In this document: positions 1-8,718 of the stretch, one piece after another
How positions within the stretch are numbered: position 1 is the first letter of the stretch
Layout: the number at the start of each line of letters is the position of its first letter
Virus record (IMG/VR): IMGVR_UViG_3300032397_000002
Location: 104,623 to 168,622 of that record
DNA: 64,000 nt
DNA from: a virus
Direction: 5' to 3' (one strand)
Translations under genes and position numbers: made by a program
The notes under the pieces: generated by a model
Seen by the model: only the letters and a program-made list of their open reading frames with translations
The model's database searches: none
Told to the model about the DNA's origin: nothing

Positions 1-72
1 CTTTTGTCTCTGGTGCGCCCACTCCCACAAGCTCTGAAGGGCAGTAATCTTCTGAGTAGACCGAGGACTACC

Positions 73-486
73 ATGCCCCCAGCCAGAAAGAAAGACGAAG
101 GACACTTGGAAGCGAAGATTGACATCTTGTCAGACAAGATGGACGCCCAGGCAACCTCACACGCCAGACTCGACGAGAGGCTCTCGAACCATCTTGCCAA
201 CGAAGAGAGAACAAGTGAACGCATAGAGGGGCAGTTGGAAAGCGTCAACAGCCATCTCTTTGGTATCAAGGAAATCCTCGGAAAGCAACAGGCAAGCATC
301 GACGAGCACATCCGTCGCACCGACATCCTCGAAGGCGCAGTCAAGCCACTGGTCGAGCAGAGGCAGCAGTTTGAGGGCTTCTTCAAGTTCGCCAAGGTGG
401 CCCTGAAGATCGGCGCCCTCATCACCGCCCTCGGTGCCGGCGGCTTCGGCATCAAACAAGTCATCGCCCTCATCTTCAAACTCTAA
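73..486 (+). CDS. Holin-like membrane protein (coiled coil plus C-terminal TM helix, XhlA-like architecture)
   Basis: ATG at 73 after GAGGA; long heptad region followed by hydrophobic LKIGALITALGAGGFGI; adjacent to a second TM gene. Confidence 0.55.
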   Translation: MPPARKKDEGHLEAKIDILSDKMDAQATSHARLDERLSNHLANEERTSERIEGQLESVNSHLFGIKEILGKQQASIDEHIRRTDILEGAVKPLVEQRQQFEGFFKFAKVALKIGALITALGAGGFGIKQVIALIFKL

Positions 487-487
487 C

Positions 488-781
488 ATGCACGACACCT
501 GGAAAAGCAAGAAGCTCTGGTTTGCGGTAGGCGTCATTGCCATCGCCTTCCTGTACTCGGTGCTCGCCGCTTCGATTCTCCCGAACATGGAGCACACCTA
601 CGATGCCTTCATGGGCATCCTGGAGTTCGCCGCCGGCGCCTACCTGACCGGAAACGTCGCCAACAAGCTCGTCATTGCCAAAGCCAACCCAGGCACACTA
701 CCAGAACCCAAAGCACCGGTCAAGCCGGCTGCAGCACCTGCAAAGACGCCTCCAGGCGGCCCGCACGTACCAGAGGAGTAA
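488..781 (+). CDS. Putative holin (two TM helices, Pro/Ala-rich tail)
   Basis: MHDTWKSKKLWFAVGVIAIAFLY...AYLTGNVANK matches the SRKLW...Y+.G phage holin pattern; ATG at 488 follows the upstream TAA. Confidence 0.6.
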   Translation: MHDTWKSKKLWFAVGVIAIAFLYSVLAASILPNMEHTYDAFMGILEFAAGAYLTGNVANKLVIAKANPGTLPEPKAPVKPAAAPAKTPPGGPHVPEE

Positions 782-784
782 GAG

Positions 785-1003
785 ATGAGTCACAAATGCC
801 AATTTGAAAACTGTGATGCCGATGCGGCAGTAGCCGTCATTGAGGCTGGAGTCGCTTCGCTTCGATGCTCAGCTCATGAAGCAAACAGGGGTGAGAACAG
901 CTCGGTGGTCCGTCCTCCCCCAACACCCCCAATTGGAGATGATGATTCCAGGCCGGTTCCGGTTCACGAGCCCCTGCCAGTGCCTCCAGGAATGGAACCG
1001 TAA
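785..1003 (+). CDS. Small Zn-finger protein (Cx4C...Cx2H, Pro-rich tail)
   Basis: GAGGAG RBS; CQFENC...CSAH. Confidence 0.6.
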   Translation: MSHKCQFENCDADAAVAVIEAGVASLRCSAHEANRGENSSVVRPPPTPPIGDDDSRPVPVHEPLPVPPGMEP

Positions 1004-1173
1004 TGAGGGGCAATTTTCAGCAGTGCGAAAAAGAGGGCTGTGACAAGACCCCCAAGCACATCATCGTCGACCACGGTCGTGGGTGGATGTGGGCGGCCTG
1101 CGATGACCACGAGGCCTCAAAAGCAGAAGGTGAGCTGAGCACCCTCTTGCCCATCCCCGACCCGCCCCCTTAG
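1003..1173 (+). CDS. Small Zn-finger protein, paralog of 785..1003 (not in the ORF track)
   Basis: TAATG coupling; hand translation MRGNFQQCEKEGCDKTPKHIIVDHGRGWMWAACDDHEASKAEGELSTLLPIPDPPP. Confidence 0.6.
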   Translation: MRGNFQQCEKEGCDKTPKHIIVDHGRGWMWAACDDHEASKAEGELSTLLPIPDPPP

Positions 1174-1976
1174 GCGGCCTTGAACTTCCCGGCGTACTTC
1201 ACCTCGGGGAGGATGTCCAACTTCCAGCCAGCGATCCGGTTCTCCAGGCGGGCGATTTCCGTCTTGGTCCACTTGACGTCGTTCTCGGCGTTGTAGATGG
1301 CCGAGCGGAGGAGCTGCTCGAACTGGTACTCGTCGGACTCCCTGGTGACTTCGACGGTCTTCTTGTTCTGGCCGTAGCCGACATCGCGGAAGAACTTGGT
1401 GACCTTGCCGGCGTTGAGGTTGGCCAGGTGCTCCTCGGCGATGACCAGGTGGGGGCGCACAGCCTGGGCCAGATAGGCCACCGCGCCCTCGCTGGACAGC
1501 TCCCAGGGCTGGAAACCGACCGCGAAGCAGCTGCCGTGCAGCATGCCATCGCCGGGGCGGCGAAAGCCGTGGTGACCGATGCTGCCATCGCTCTCCCGCT
1601 TGTAGTTGCCCTCGCACACCGGGCAGGTGCCAGTGTTGGTCAGGTCGCGGACGTAGAGGTCGTGGAGCTTCTTCTCGTTCTCGGGGGTGTCCATGCCCAG
1701 GAGCTTCGAGGTCTCGGCGACCAAGTCGAAGCCAATCGACTTCAGCCAGCTGCCGAGCTTGTAGAAAGTGATCCGGCGGTAGTTGGGCTCCTTGACGACC
1801 GTGAACAGCTCGCCACCGGCGGACGTGATGTCCACCTTGGTGATGGTGTTGCGGGTCTTCGCGACGCAGACCTGGAAGCCAAGGGCCACGAGGACCTCGC
1901 TCCACTGCTTGGTCTCGAAGGCGGCCGTTGCACCCTTCCGGGTCTTCAGCAGGAGTTCGTTGGTGGTCGAGGTCAT
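1170..1976 (-). CDS. Phage hypothetical protein with Zn-binding motif (CPVC...HHGF...C)
   Basis: 268-aa ORF with strong codon bias and its own promoter. Confidence 0.7.
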   Translation of the reverse strand: MTSTTNELLLKTRKGATAAFETKQWSEVLVALGFQVCVAKTRNTITKVDITSAGGELFTVVKEPNYRRITFYKLGSWLKSIGFDLVAETSKLLGMDTPENEKKLHDLYVRDLTNTGTCPVCEGNYKRESDGSIGHHGFRRPGDGMLHGSCFAVGFQPWELSSEGAVAYLAQAVRPHLVIAEEHLANLNAGKVTKFFRDVGYGQNKKTVEVTRESDEYQFEQLLRSAIYNAENDVKWTKTEIARLENRIAGWKLDILPEVKYAGKFKAA

Positions 1977-1982
1977 GGGTGT

Positions 1983-2011
1983 GTTCTACATGAACCAGAC
2001 CCAGACGTCAA
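1983..2011 (-). promoter_or_regulatory. Sigma70-type early promoter, leaderless spacing
   Basis: TTGACG-17 nt-TAGAAC, then 6 nt to ATG 1976. Confidence 0.8.
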
Positions 2012-2015
2012 GCAC

Positions 2016-2417
2016 CTATTTCAAATCTTCAACACTGGTGTCGATATTCGGTGGTGGATAGGCATGGTTGTAGAACTTGACCTTGCCCTTGGTACGTCTA
2101 AGCAGCTGTTTCCACAGGAATTCGACCATCATCCTTGTGCAGACCCCGCACCAGATGCGCCCTTTCTCGGGCTCGAAGTGCCCTGTGGCGTCATGCCAGA
2201 CACCACCACACATGTTGCAGCAGATGTCCGGGGTTGCCGGCAGGCCCTCAAACCACGACCACATCCTGTAGCCTGGCGGTATGCGTGCCTGGACGGTCTT
2301 CAGGGCCCTTTCTGGGCTCAGGGAGTACGTGGACAGGGTCTGGACACTGAACCACCCAGGACGGCCCTCCTGGGGCGTTATGAGAGTGGTTGCAAAAGTG
2401 TACCAGGACCATTTCAT
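2016..2417 (-). CDS. Hypothetical protein with CxxC...CxxC
   Basis: CCNMCGG...CGVC; upstream promoter. Confidence 0.55.
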   Translation of the reverse strand: MKWSWYTFATTLITPQEGRPGWFSVQTLSTYSLSPERALKTVQARIPPGYRMWSWFEGLPATPDICCNMCGGVWHDATGHFEPEKGRIWCGVCTRMMVEFLWKQLLRRTKGKVKFYNHAYPPPNIDTSVEDLK

Positions 2418-2423
2418 GGCCCG

Positions 2424-2452
2424 AGCTTAGCACAGCTGGATGTAAATTGCAC
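2424..2452 (-). promoter_or_regulatory. Probable promoter with extended -10
   Basis: GTGCAA-17 nt-(TGc)TAAGCT, 6 nt to ATG 2417; the TAA is the upstream stop codon. Confidence 0.5.
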
Positions 2453-2579
2453 CACTGTCCGGCTTCTTTTCGGGCTCCCTGGGCGGCTCGACGGGGATTT
2501 CAACCCGGGGCCTCTCAGCTTCCTGGCGCTCGCGCTTCTTTCGCTCTTCCTCAAGCTTCTCGATAATCCAGGGGTCCAT
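2427..2579 (-). CDS. 50-aa charged/Pro-rich protein resembling a small myxobacterial hypothetical family
   Basis: MDPWIIEKLEEERKKRERQEAERPRVEIPVEPP...GAIYIQLC; TAATCT lies 7 nt upstream of the ATG. Confidence 0.6.
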   Translation of the reverse strand: MDPWIIEKLEEERKKRERQEAERPRVEIPVEPPREPEKKPDSGAIYIQLC

Positions 2580-2584
2580 GTAGG

Positions 2585-2626
2585 CTAGATTACCCCTTCT
2601 CAGGCCCTTTGTCTGTCCTAATCTAG
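2585..2626. promoter_or_regulatory. Divergent pair of TAATCTAG late-type motifs
   Basis: TAATCTAG on - (2592-2585) and on + (2619-2626), each pointing at a start codon. Confidence 0.5.
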
Positions 2627-2634
2627 TAAGTACC

Positions 2635-3417
2635 ATGAGAATCTTGCCCTTTTTCGCTCTTTTTTTGCTCCTCGGGAGCTGCAGTACCATCAAGCAGCAG
2701 CTCCAGGAACAGGACGCGAACCTCAGAAGGGACATGCAGGACTCTACAGTTCAACTCGAAATCAGCCTCAGTGTCAAGATGCCCAGCCTTCTTGAGCAAC
2801 TTCGCAGGGGTCTGGGTCTCGCTCCGAACCCCAAGGATGAGGGCGAAGATGTTGTCATGACGATGGCTTGTTCTGGCGTCGTTGTTGACAAAGCCGGCGG
2901 AATCGTGCGCAAGCCGCAGACGTTGATTGCCACCGCCCATCACTGCCTTGACATTGGGCCTGGGACAGAGCTAGATGGTGGAGGCACAGTCACTGCGGTC
3001 ATCTTCATGGCCAAGGACAGCGCTGGTCGTAGCTGTGGCTTGACCCCCAAGACGCTTGGTGGGTATGGCCCGAATGACGTTGCTACCGGCGTTGCTTCAT
3101 GCGACCTTGGCAAGACTGCCAAGCTGGCCGATGCAGTTCCTCAGCGCCAGGACCAGATTTTCATCAGCGGACACCCCCTCGGCGTCTACCCCGGTCTCAT
3201 CACCAGTGGCTACGTCAGTGGCTGGTTGAATGGGTGGATCCTCCTCAGCGCTCCGGCATGGGGTGGCAACAGCGGCGGACCTGTCTTCAATGCAGATGGC
3301 GAGGTCATCGGGCTTCTTGTCCGAGGCAGCCGCGAGTACTCTCAGCTGACCCTGGCAGCACCCCTGGGCGAGATTCAGGACAGAATCAGACAGACTGTCC
3401 ATTGGGACTGGGATTGA
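2635..3417 (+). CDS. Trypsin-like serine protease with lipoprotein signal
   Basis: Lipobox LLGSC; catalytic motifs TAHHC, ND(V) and GGNSGGP. Confidence 0.85.
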   Translation: MRILPFFALFLLLGSCSTIKQQLQEQDANLRRDMQDSTVQLEISLSVKMPSLLEQLRRGLGLAPNPKDEGEDVVMTMACSGVVVDKAGGIVRKPQTLIATAHHCLDIGPGTELDGGGTVTAVIFMAKDSAGRSCGLTPKTLGGYGPNDVATGVASCDLGKTAKLADAVPQRQDQIFISGHPLGVYPGLITSGYVSGWLNGWILLSAPAWGGNSGGPVFNADGEVIGLLVRGSREYSQLTLAAPLGEIQDRIRQTVHWDWD

Positions 3418-3501
3418 GTATCTTGGCTACTTCACTTGCTGTGGCTGCAATCCTAGCTGTCCTTGCGGCTGTGCTGCGACACAAGAAAGCTCACGCCCGC
3501 A

Positions 3502-3804
3502 TCATGCTGCCAGTTCGACAAGGTCCTCGTCGGTCAACTCGTAAATAGAGCCATCGACAAGTTCCAGCTCCTGCAGCATCCTCGCCAGGGCCTTGATGTA
3601 AGTGAAGTCCTGGCTGAGTAGAATCTCTGCAGGGTGAATCGAATCCCTGGACAAGAGAGCCGTCGTCAAGACCTCATCGAACATCTCCACCACACGAGCA
3701 CGCTGGGCAATGCCCATGCCAGTGGTCATTTTGTCGTAGTAGTTCAGGGCTGCCATGCCCAGATGGCCGTAGCCGTTGACTTCGAGAGTTTGGACCGCGT
3801 CCAT
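3502..3804 (-). CDS. Hypothetical protein (possible C-terminal winged helix)
   Basis: ATG 3804 just after the AAA gene stop. Confidence 0.5.
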   Translation of the reverse strand: MDAVQTLEVNGYGHLGMAALNYYDKMTTGMGIAQRARVVEMFDEVLTTALLSRDSIHPAEILLSQDFTYIKALARMLQELELVDGSIYELTDEDLVELAA

Positions 3805-3808
3805 AAAT

Positions 3809-5077
3809 CTAGTCTTCATCATCGTCCTCGTATCTTGAACCAAAGCCCAGCTTACGCTCTTTCGGGGGAGGAGTCCAGCCCTTGTCGCGTGCCATCTGGT
3901 AGATTTCAGCCAGGGAGACCCTGCTGGTGAACATCGGCCTGGCGTGGAGCGGTTCTCCAAGGTCGGGATAGATGACCGCATCATTTCCGGTCAGGCGCTT
4001 GTAGATTTCAGCTGCCTTCTCGGGGCTCACCAGGCCCACATGAACCATTGCTGAGAGACGACCCGGGCGCTTGATGGCCTCATCGACGTCCTGATGATGT
4101 GCATTCGTTGTGGCCACGATGCGCACATCAAGAAGCTGGCCCAAGATTCCGTCTCCAAGGTTCAGGATGACGCTCACCGAGGACATGTTGTCTCCCATAC
4201 GTGGAGCCAGGCATTCATCCGCATCCTCGATGAGGAAGACCATCGGCTTCTCACCACGGCTCTGGTGCAAGCTCACCAGGGCTGGAATCATGCCCGGCTG
4301 GCCAAGCTCCTGAACGAGGTTCGCCGGCACGATGACGAAGATGACGTCCTTGACCTGGTCCAAGAGCCCGCGCACAAGGAAGGTCTTCCCAGTGCCAGGC
4401 TTGCCGTCCAAGATGGCGACACGCCCAGCGGGAGTGGAGCTGCCCAGGTCGGCGATGATGCGGTCAAAGCCCTTGAGGACATCGTCCTCGTAGTTGCCAC
4501 GTTCCAGGGTTTGACCACCGATGCCCATGGACTTGAACTCTGGTCCATCGCTGGTGCTGATGAGCACGTGCACACGCCCCCTTGGAATCGAGGTGGTGGT
4601 GTTCTCGGCGATGAATTTCTGAGTCTCGGCCATGAAGGCCGGGTCCCGGCTGACGGCATGGACATCCACTTTCACATCACCGTCGTGATTGATGCACACA
4701 GCACCATGGTCTGCGATGTAGTGAAGCTGGGTCTCCTGCCGACGGTTGGCGGCCCTGTCGTAGTTCAACGGCCTGAGTCCAGGGAAGGCGGCTTCGTACC
4801 GGACACGAAAGGCTTCGACAGTGTCGTCGTCCTTCAGGCTGGCGGTGTACTGCTTTTCCAGGACCGGAGGCCCACCATGAAGGGCCATGATGCTGATGCC
4901 GATGCTTGCCCAGCCGGTGCTGTAGTGAGAGTCCAGAGTTGGCAGCCGTGAGGCTTTCCACCAGGGTCCATTAATGTCAATCGGGTCAGTCATGTCTTCT
5001 TCATCTCCGGTTTCCGTACCTTCACCTAAAATCGCCCTTCTGACTTCTCTCCACTCCCTGGACCGCTGAATGGTCAT
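3809..5077 (-). CDS. AAA+ ATPase (BCS1-like phage family)
   Basis: Walker A GKPGTGKT, Walker B FLIEDAD, TTN sensor, RPGR; alternative start at 4993. Confidence 0.85.
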   Translation of the reverse strand: MTIQRSREWREVRRAILGEGTETGDEEDMTDPIDINGPWWKASRLPTLDSHYSTGWASIGISIMALHGGPPVLEKQYTASLKDDDTVEAFRVRYEAAFPGLRPLNYDRAANRRQETQLHYIADHGAVCINHDGDVKVDVHAVSRDPAFMAETQKFIAENTTTSIPRGRVHVLISTSDGPEFKSMGIGGQTLERGNYEDDVLKGFDRIIADLGSSTPAGRVAILDGKPGTGKTFLVRGLLDQVKDVIFVIVPANLVQELGQPGMIPALVSLHQSRGEKPMVFLIEDADECLAPRMGDNMSSVSVILNLGDGILGQLLDVRIVATTNAHHQDVDEAIKRPGRLSAMVHVGLVSPEKAAEIYKRLTGNDAVIYPDLGEPLHARPMFTSRVSLAEIYQMARDKGWTPPPKERKLGFGSRYEDDDED

Positions 5078-5187
5078 TCCTTGTCAGACCTGCGACTGAT
5101 ATACATCAAGAAGCAGATGAGTATCAGAGTGGACCAAAGGACGCCAGCACCATAGACAGCCAAGATGTCGATTACGAGCTGGCTCAT
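5074..5187 (-). CDS. Small membrane protein
   Basis: MSQLVIDILAVYGAGVLWSTLILICFLMY; ATGA-coupled. Confidence 0.5.
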   Translation of the reverse strand: MSQLVIDILAVYGAGVLWSTLILICFLMYISRRSDKE

Positions 5188-5507
5188 GTCATTGACCTCA
5201 TGAGGGGACCTCGAAGGCGGCTTTTGAGCTGCTCCAGGCGCTCGACTCCACCAGGGGTCAGGTAGTAGCCGAAGTTGTGTCGGTGGAGGCACTTCGTGGT
5301 GACCAGGGAATCGATGTAGACCAGCATGGTCCTGTCTTCATGGAGGTTCGAGCCAAGCACCCCCAGGGCAGCGGCAGTCAACAGCCCCTTCCTGTAGCCA
5401 GGGTAGCGCCTTACTGCATCCAAAAGCACGAAGGCTTCGAGGTCGGGGGCAGCACATGCACTATGAGGCAGTTGCTCGGAGCGCTTGTATTCGTTGAGGT
5501 CGTTCAT
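5184..5507 (-). CDS. Putative winged-helix protein
   Basis: YYLTPGGVERLEQL wing motif; own promoter. Confidence 0.55.
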   Translation of the reverse strand: MNDLNEYKRSEQLPHSACAAPDLEAFVLLDAVRRYPGYRKGLLTAAALGVLGSNLHEDRTMLVYIDSLVTTKCLHRHNFGYYLTPGGVERLEQLKSRLRGPLMRSMT

Positions 5508-6592
5508 TCCATCGATTCTACCGTTTCCACGAGGAGCTTGTCAAGTTCCATGACTGGCGGGCTGTTGGGCAGCTTGCTGGTCTTGTAGAGAGCCTCCAGC
5601 TCTGCGTCCTGGCGGTCAGCCCACTCCAGGAGCTGGTCATAGGTCCACAGGCCGTTGCGGATCGCCAACAGCTCCTCGGCGTCGGGGCGCTTCACCAGCA
5701 CCCCCTTGCCCTCCAGAATCTCACGGCACATGCGCATGAGGCGGATGAGGTGCATGCCGTGCTTGGTGTCGTAGCCCCACTTGCGCTCCAACTCACTCCT
5801 GGTAGCGTTGCGGGTGGCCAACCAGGTCTGGTAGCTGCGCCATTCAGCGATGGCGGTGTTGAAACGACGCTCACGGTCCATCAGGTCGATGAAGTTGTCG
5901 TCCAGGCCGAGCTTCTTGCCGGCCAGGATCCACTGGTTCTCCTTCAGAACGCCCTGCTCAGCGAGGCTTGCGGTGATGTGGCTCATCAGGTCGATACGGG
6001 CAGCGTCGTCCATGTGGGTCAGGTCGACGTCCCATGCCTCCACCTGCTTCTTGATGGCAGCCTGGACGACATCCAGCTGGTTCTTGGGGATGAGAGGGCT
6101 CGGGGGCAGTCCGAAGTCCCCTCGCTCTGGTGGCTTCTGGGGTCCACCGTCGATCCACCTCTTGTGGGAGCGAATTTTCTTCAGCTGGGAGACCGCGTAC
6201 CCCGAGAATGTGTGCTTGGCCTTCTTGCTGATGAAGAGGTCACGCTTTTGGAGGATGGGGATGGCCAGCGGGTGGACAATCTGATGGTCGCTGACGTCGG
6301 TGAACAGAACCTCGATGATGCTCGGGTTGCAGTCGGCGGCCAGCTTGAAGAACTTCTGGATGCCGTAGACGACCATGTCAGGGTCGCCCTTGAACTCAGC
6401 CTGCTCGAAGCGCTTGGCGAAGCCCAGGAAGTACTGCTTGGGCGGCACACAGAAGCCCTTGTAGTCGCGGTCGCTGGTGGGCAGGTTGGTGCCGTAGGCG
6501 TGGCTGCCATGGGCCGTCAGGAACAGGGTCCTGGGCCAGAGCCAGTCGATGTCCTTGCGGTCTTTGGTCAGGTCGGGGAGTGTGAGCTTCAT
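5504..6592 (-). CDS. Pol-beta superfamily nucleotidyltransferase (Nuc-transf/RlaP-like)
   Basis: HGSHAYGTNLPTSDRDYKG, NPSIIEVLF, YDTKHGMHLIRL, LLAIRNG. Confidence 0.85.
   Translation of the reverse strand: MKLTLPDLTKDRKDIDWLWPRTLFLTAHGSHAYGTNLPTSDRDYKGFCVPPKQYFLGFAKRFEQAEFKGDPDMVVYGIQKFFKLAADCNPSIIEVLFTDVSDHQIVHPLAIPILQKRDLFISKKAKHTFSGYAVSQLKKIRSHKRWIDGGPQKPPERGDFGLPPSPLIPKNQLDVVQAAIKKQVEAWDVDLTHMDDAARIDLMSHITASLAEQGVLKENQWILAGKKLGLDDNFIDLMDRERRFNTAIAEWRSYQTWLATRNATRSELERKWGYDTKHGMHLIRLMRMCREILEGKGVLVKRPDAEELLAIRNGLWTYDQLLEWADRQDAELEALYKTSKLPNSPPVMELDKLLVETVESME
5515..5544 (-). promoter_or_regulatory. Sigma70-type promoter inside the 3' end of the nucleotidyltransferase gene
   Basis: TTGACA-18 nt-TAGAAT, 7 nt to ATG 5507. 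Confidence 0.75.
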
Positions 6593-6777
6593 GTGATGGG
6601 TGCCTCGATCTTCTCAATCCAGCGGTTGCCCTCAGTCTCCCAGACCTCGATGCCAACCTCAAGACGGCTGATCTCGATTTCATTGATGAATTGTCGAGCT
6701 TCCTGCTCGGTGAGAAAGACGCCCCAGACCTCGCCGAACTCGTACGGCACGTCGCGATGAACGATGTAGACTTTCAT
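6589..6777 (-). CDS. Small hypothetical protein (VY+V...GVF.+E+EA family)
   Basis: ATGA-coupled. Confidence 0.6.
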   Translation of the reverse strand: MKVYIVHRDVPYEFGEVWGVFLTEQEARQFINEIEISRLEVGIEVWETEGNRWIEKIEAPIT

Positions 6778-6965
6778 AGTGTGTCCATCAGGAAGTAGTG
6801 TTGGATGTTGGCCTGCGGACGTTCACCCCGGTCCCACAGCCGCTGACGCAACTCACGGGCCTCCTCTATGGTCTTAAGCACGCCTCGAATCTCCACGAAG
6901 TGGCTGGCAATGTCGGGGCTGCCACGAACGACCACGTACACCATCTCTCGATGTTTCTTGGCCAT
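6774..6965 (-). CDS. Small hypothetical protein, paralog-like to 6589..6777
   Basis: VYVVV...RGVLKTIEEAR. Confidence 0.55.
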   Translation of the reverse strand: MAKKHREMVYVVVRGSPDIASHFVEIRGVLKTIEEARELRQRLWDRGERPQANIQHYFLMDTL

Positions 6966-6968
6966 GGC

Positions 6969-7211
6969 TTACCCCGCGTTGAATGAGGCCAGAACGACGC
7001 CGGCCTTGGTGCCTTCGACCGCAGTGCCGATCAGCTCGACCTTCACTCTTTCGGGCTTATGGGCCCAAGTGGAGGAGTAGCTATATTGGTCACCCCAATC
7101 ACCGCCAGGCCTGATTTGCCGAGCTGCTTCTTCAGACTCGGCAGCCACGATGCAACTGTCGTAGGTGTCGTAGCCGCGCTCATCGTCTTGGCTCAGGTAG
7201 TAGAGATTCAT
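6969..7211 (-). CDS. Conserved phage hypothetical protein
   Basis: GYDTYDSCIVAAESEEAAR...VLASFNAG. Confidence 0.7.
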   Translation of the reverse strand: MNLYYLSQDDERGYDTYDSCIVAAESEEAARQIRPGGDWGDQYSYSSTWAHKPERVKVELIGTAVEGTKAGVVLASFNAG

Positions 7212-7214
7212 GTG

Positions 7215-7337
7215 TCACCAGAACTTGTTGAGGAAGTGGGCCGCAACGTAAATGGTCCCTCCCATGAAGGCCATGACGAAGAGGGTCCAGGTGATGAACA
7301 ACTTGAAGAACGGGAGCTGCGGGAGGTCGAGTTTCAT
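7215..7337 (-). CDS. Small membrane protein
   Basis: MKLDLPQLPFFKLFITWTLFVMAF; coupled start. Confidence 0.5.
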   Translation of the reverse strand: MKLDLPQLPFFKLFITWTLFVMAFMGGTIYVAAHFLNKFW

Positions 7338-7585
7338 TTTGGTTTCTCCAGGTGCTTCTTGAGTGCGACGCCAAGTATGCCACCAACCCAAATGCCAATC
7401 AAGTAGGGAATCGCCTGAGCCGGGTCCTTGCTCACATCCACGAAGACATACAACACGCAGGCGGTCACAACGACGTTCACACTTGCGGCCATCACCGCCT
7501 TGTTCTTGTTGGTGTAGTGAAAAACGAGCGTAGCTAGCACGTCCACGGCCACCCCAGAAGCGAAGGCGGCGAGGAAGTGAATCAT
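7334..7585 (-). CDS. Three-TM membrane protein
   Basis: Three hydrophobic segments; coupled start. Confidence 0.6.
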   Translation of the reverse strand: MIHFLAAFASGVAVDVLATLVFHYTNKNKAVMAASVNVVVTACVLYVFVDVSKDPAQAIPYLIGIWVGGILGVALKKHLEKPK

Positions 7586-7920
7586 GCGACCGGACACCAA
7601 GGGCTATGGGTGGGAATCTTCGCCTTAGCCGAGCCGCACTCACACGCCGCCTTCTTCTTGACCACAGCAGAAGAGCCACAAAGAATGGTGGCCTTCAGGT
7701 AGTCGTGGTCCATTGGGTTCATGGCCAGGCCGAAAGGGTCCTCGCCTAGACCTCGAACGGCGTCGTAGGCTACCTCCACCTCATGCAGGCTCTGCGGTGT
7801 CCAGACTGTGTGACGATTCCCTTGCTGTGTGTAGAAGTGGGATTCCCCACGCACGACGCTTGAATCCTCGCTCACTTCGAGTGCTCCGTGGGGGAGCCAG
7901 AGAGTGAACGTCCCGCTCAC
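7582..7920 (-). CDS. Hypothetical protein with C-terminal CECG...HSPWCP Zn tag
   Basis: GTGA-coupled. Confidence 0.6.
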   Translation of the reverse strand: MSGTFTLWLPHGALEVSEDSSVVRGESHFYTQQGNRHTVWTPQSLHEVEVAYDAVRGLGEDPFGLAMNPMDHDYLKATILCGSSAVVKKKAACECGSAKAKIPTHSPWCPVA

Positions 7921-8129
7921 TTGTTCTCCTCGTAGTGGGCGAAGGCGCCCCGGCGGACCCAGAAGCGATCCCAGCTGATGAGGCCCTCCAGCTCGTAGTC
8001 ACCTTTGGCGAAGGTCTCAGGGTCGCCCCAGGTCCACAGGAAGTGGCCAGAGTCGAGCTGGACAATCTTGTACCCGGGCGGGAGCGGCTTGTACCGCTTG
8101 GGGAAGGGGACGTCGTCGCACCAGTTCAT
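7917..8129 (-). CDS. Hypothetical protein
   Basis: ATGA-coupled; phage codon bias. Confidence 0.55.
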   Translation of the reverse strand: MNWCDDVPFPKRYKPLPPGYKIVQLDSGHFLWTWGDPETFAKGDYELEGLISWDRFWVRRGAFAHYEENK

Positions 8130-8500
8130 CGTGGTGGCTCCGCTGGGTAGGTGACGATCTTCACGGGTGTTCCCTTCGTTTGAGCCCTGGTGACCATGTC
8201 TCGCGTCCCTGGCGTGATGCCGGTGTCAGGGTGGAACGCTATCACGAGGTCTGGGTTCTGGTCAAGCATCTGCTGGTTGCGGAGGTGCCCGGCCTTCTTG
8301 CCGTAGGTCTTCCAGTCGGCCGGGAACTTCTGCACCTCGATGCCGTCGTAGATGGCGGCGACCTTGCCCAAGGTGTCTGCGCCACGGGCTTCACCCTCGA
8401 TGATGACCGTTGGCTTGGTCTCCAGAGCGCGCAGGGTCTGGATGACCAGGTCGAGGAAGTGCCACGGCATGTCGCGGGAGCCGCACACCAGGACTTTCAC
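8126..8500 (-). CDS. SLOG-superfamily protein (YspA/DUF2493-like)
   Basis: MKVLVCGSR, GEARGAD, ADWKTYGKKAGHLRNQQML, GTRDMV. Confidence 0.85.
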   Translation of the reverse strand: MKVLVCGSRDMPWHFLDLVIQTLRALETKPTVIIEGEARGADTLGKVAAIYDGIEVQKFPADWKTYGKKAGHLRNQQMLDQNPDLVIAFHPDTGITPGTRDMVTRAQTKGTPVKIVTYPAEPPR

Positions 8501-8718
8501 TTGGCTGGCTCGAATGCCTCAACGGCCCTGAGGCCATCGCTCAGGCAGCGGCCACAGGCATCACGGTAGCGCGGATCGACACCAAACATCTTGACCTGGT
8601 CAGCCTCAGTCAGCGTGAGGAGGCGCTTCAGGTCCTCAGGAATCTCTTCACCAGGCGCGAAGAAACCAGAGACCTGGTAGATGTTCTGGCAGAAGGGGCA
8701 GCGCTCGTAGGTGCTCAT
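8497..8718 (-). CDS. Small Zn-ribbon protein
   Basis: CPFC...CGRC; coupled start. Confidence 0.55.
   Translation of the reverse strand: MSTYERCPFCQNIYQVSGFFAPGEEIPEDLKRLLTLTEADQVKMFGVDPRYRDACGRCLSDGLRAVEAFEPAK

Noticed and set aside
3099-3548. + strand ORF overlapping the protease
   Set aside because: Mostly an alternative frame of the protease. A short membrane peptide at about 3414-3548 is possible but unsupported.
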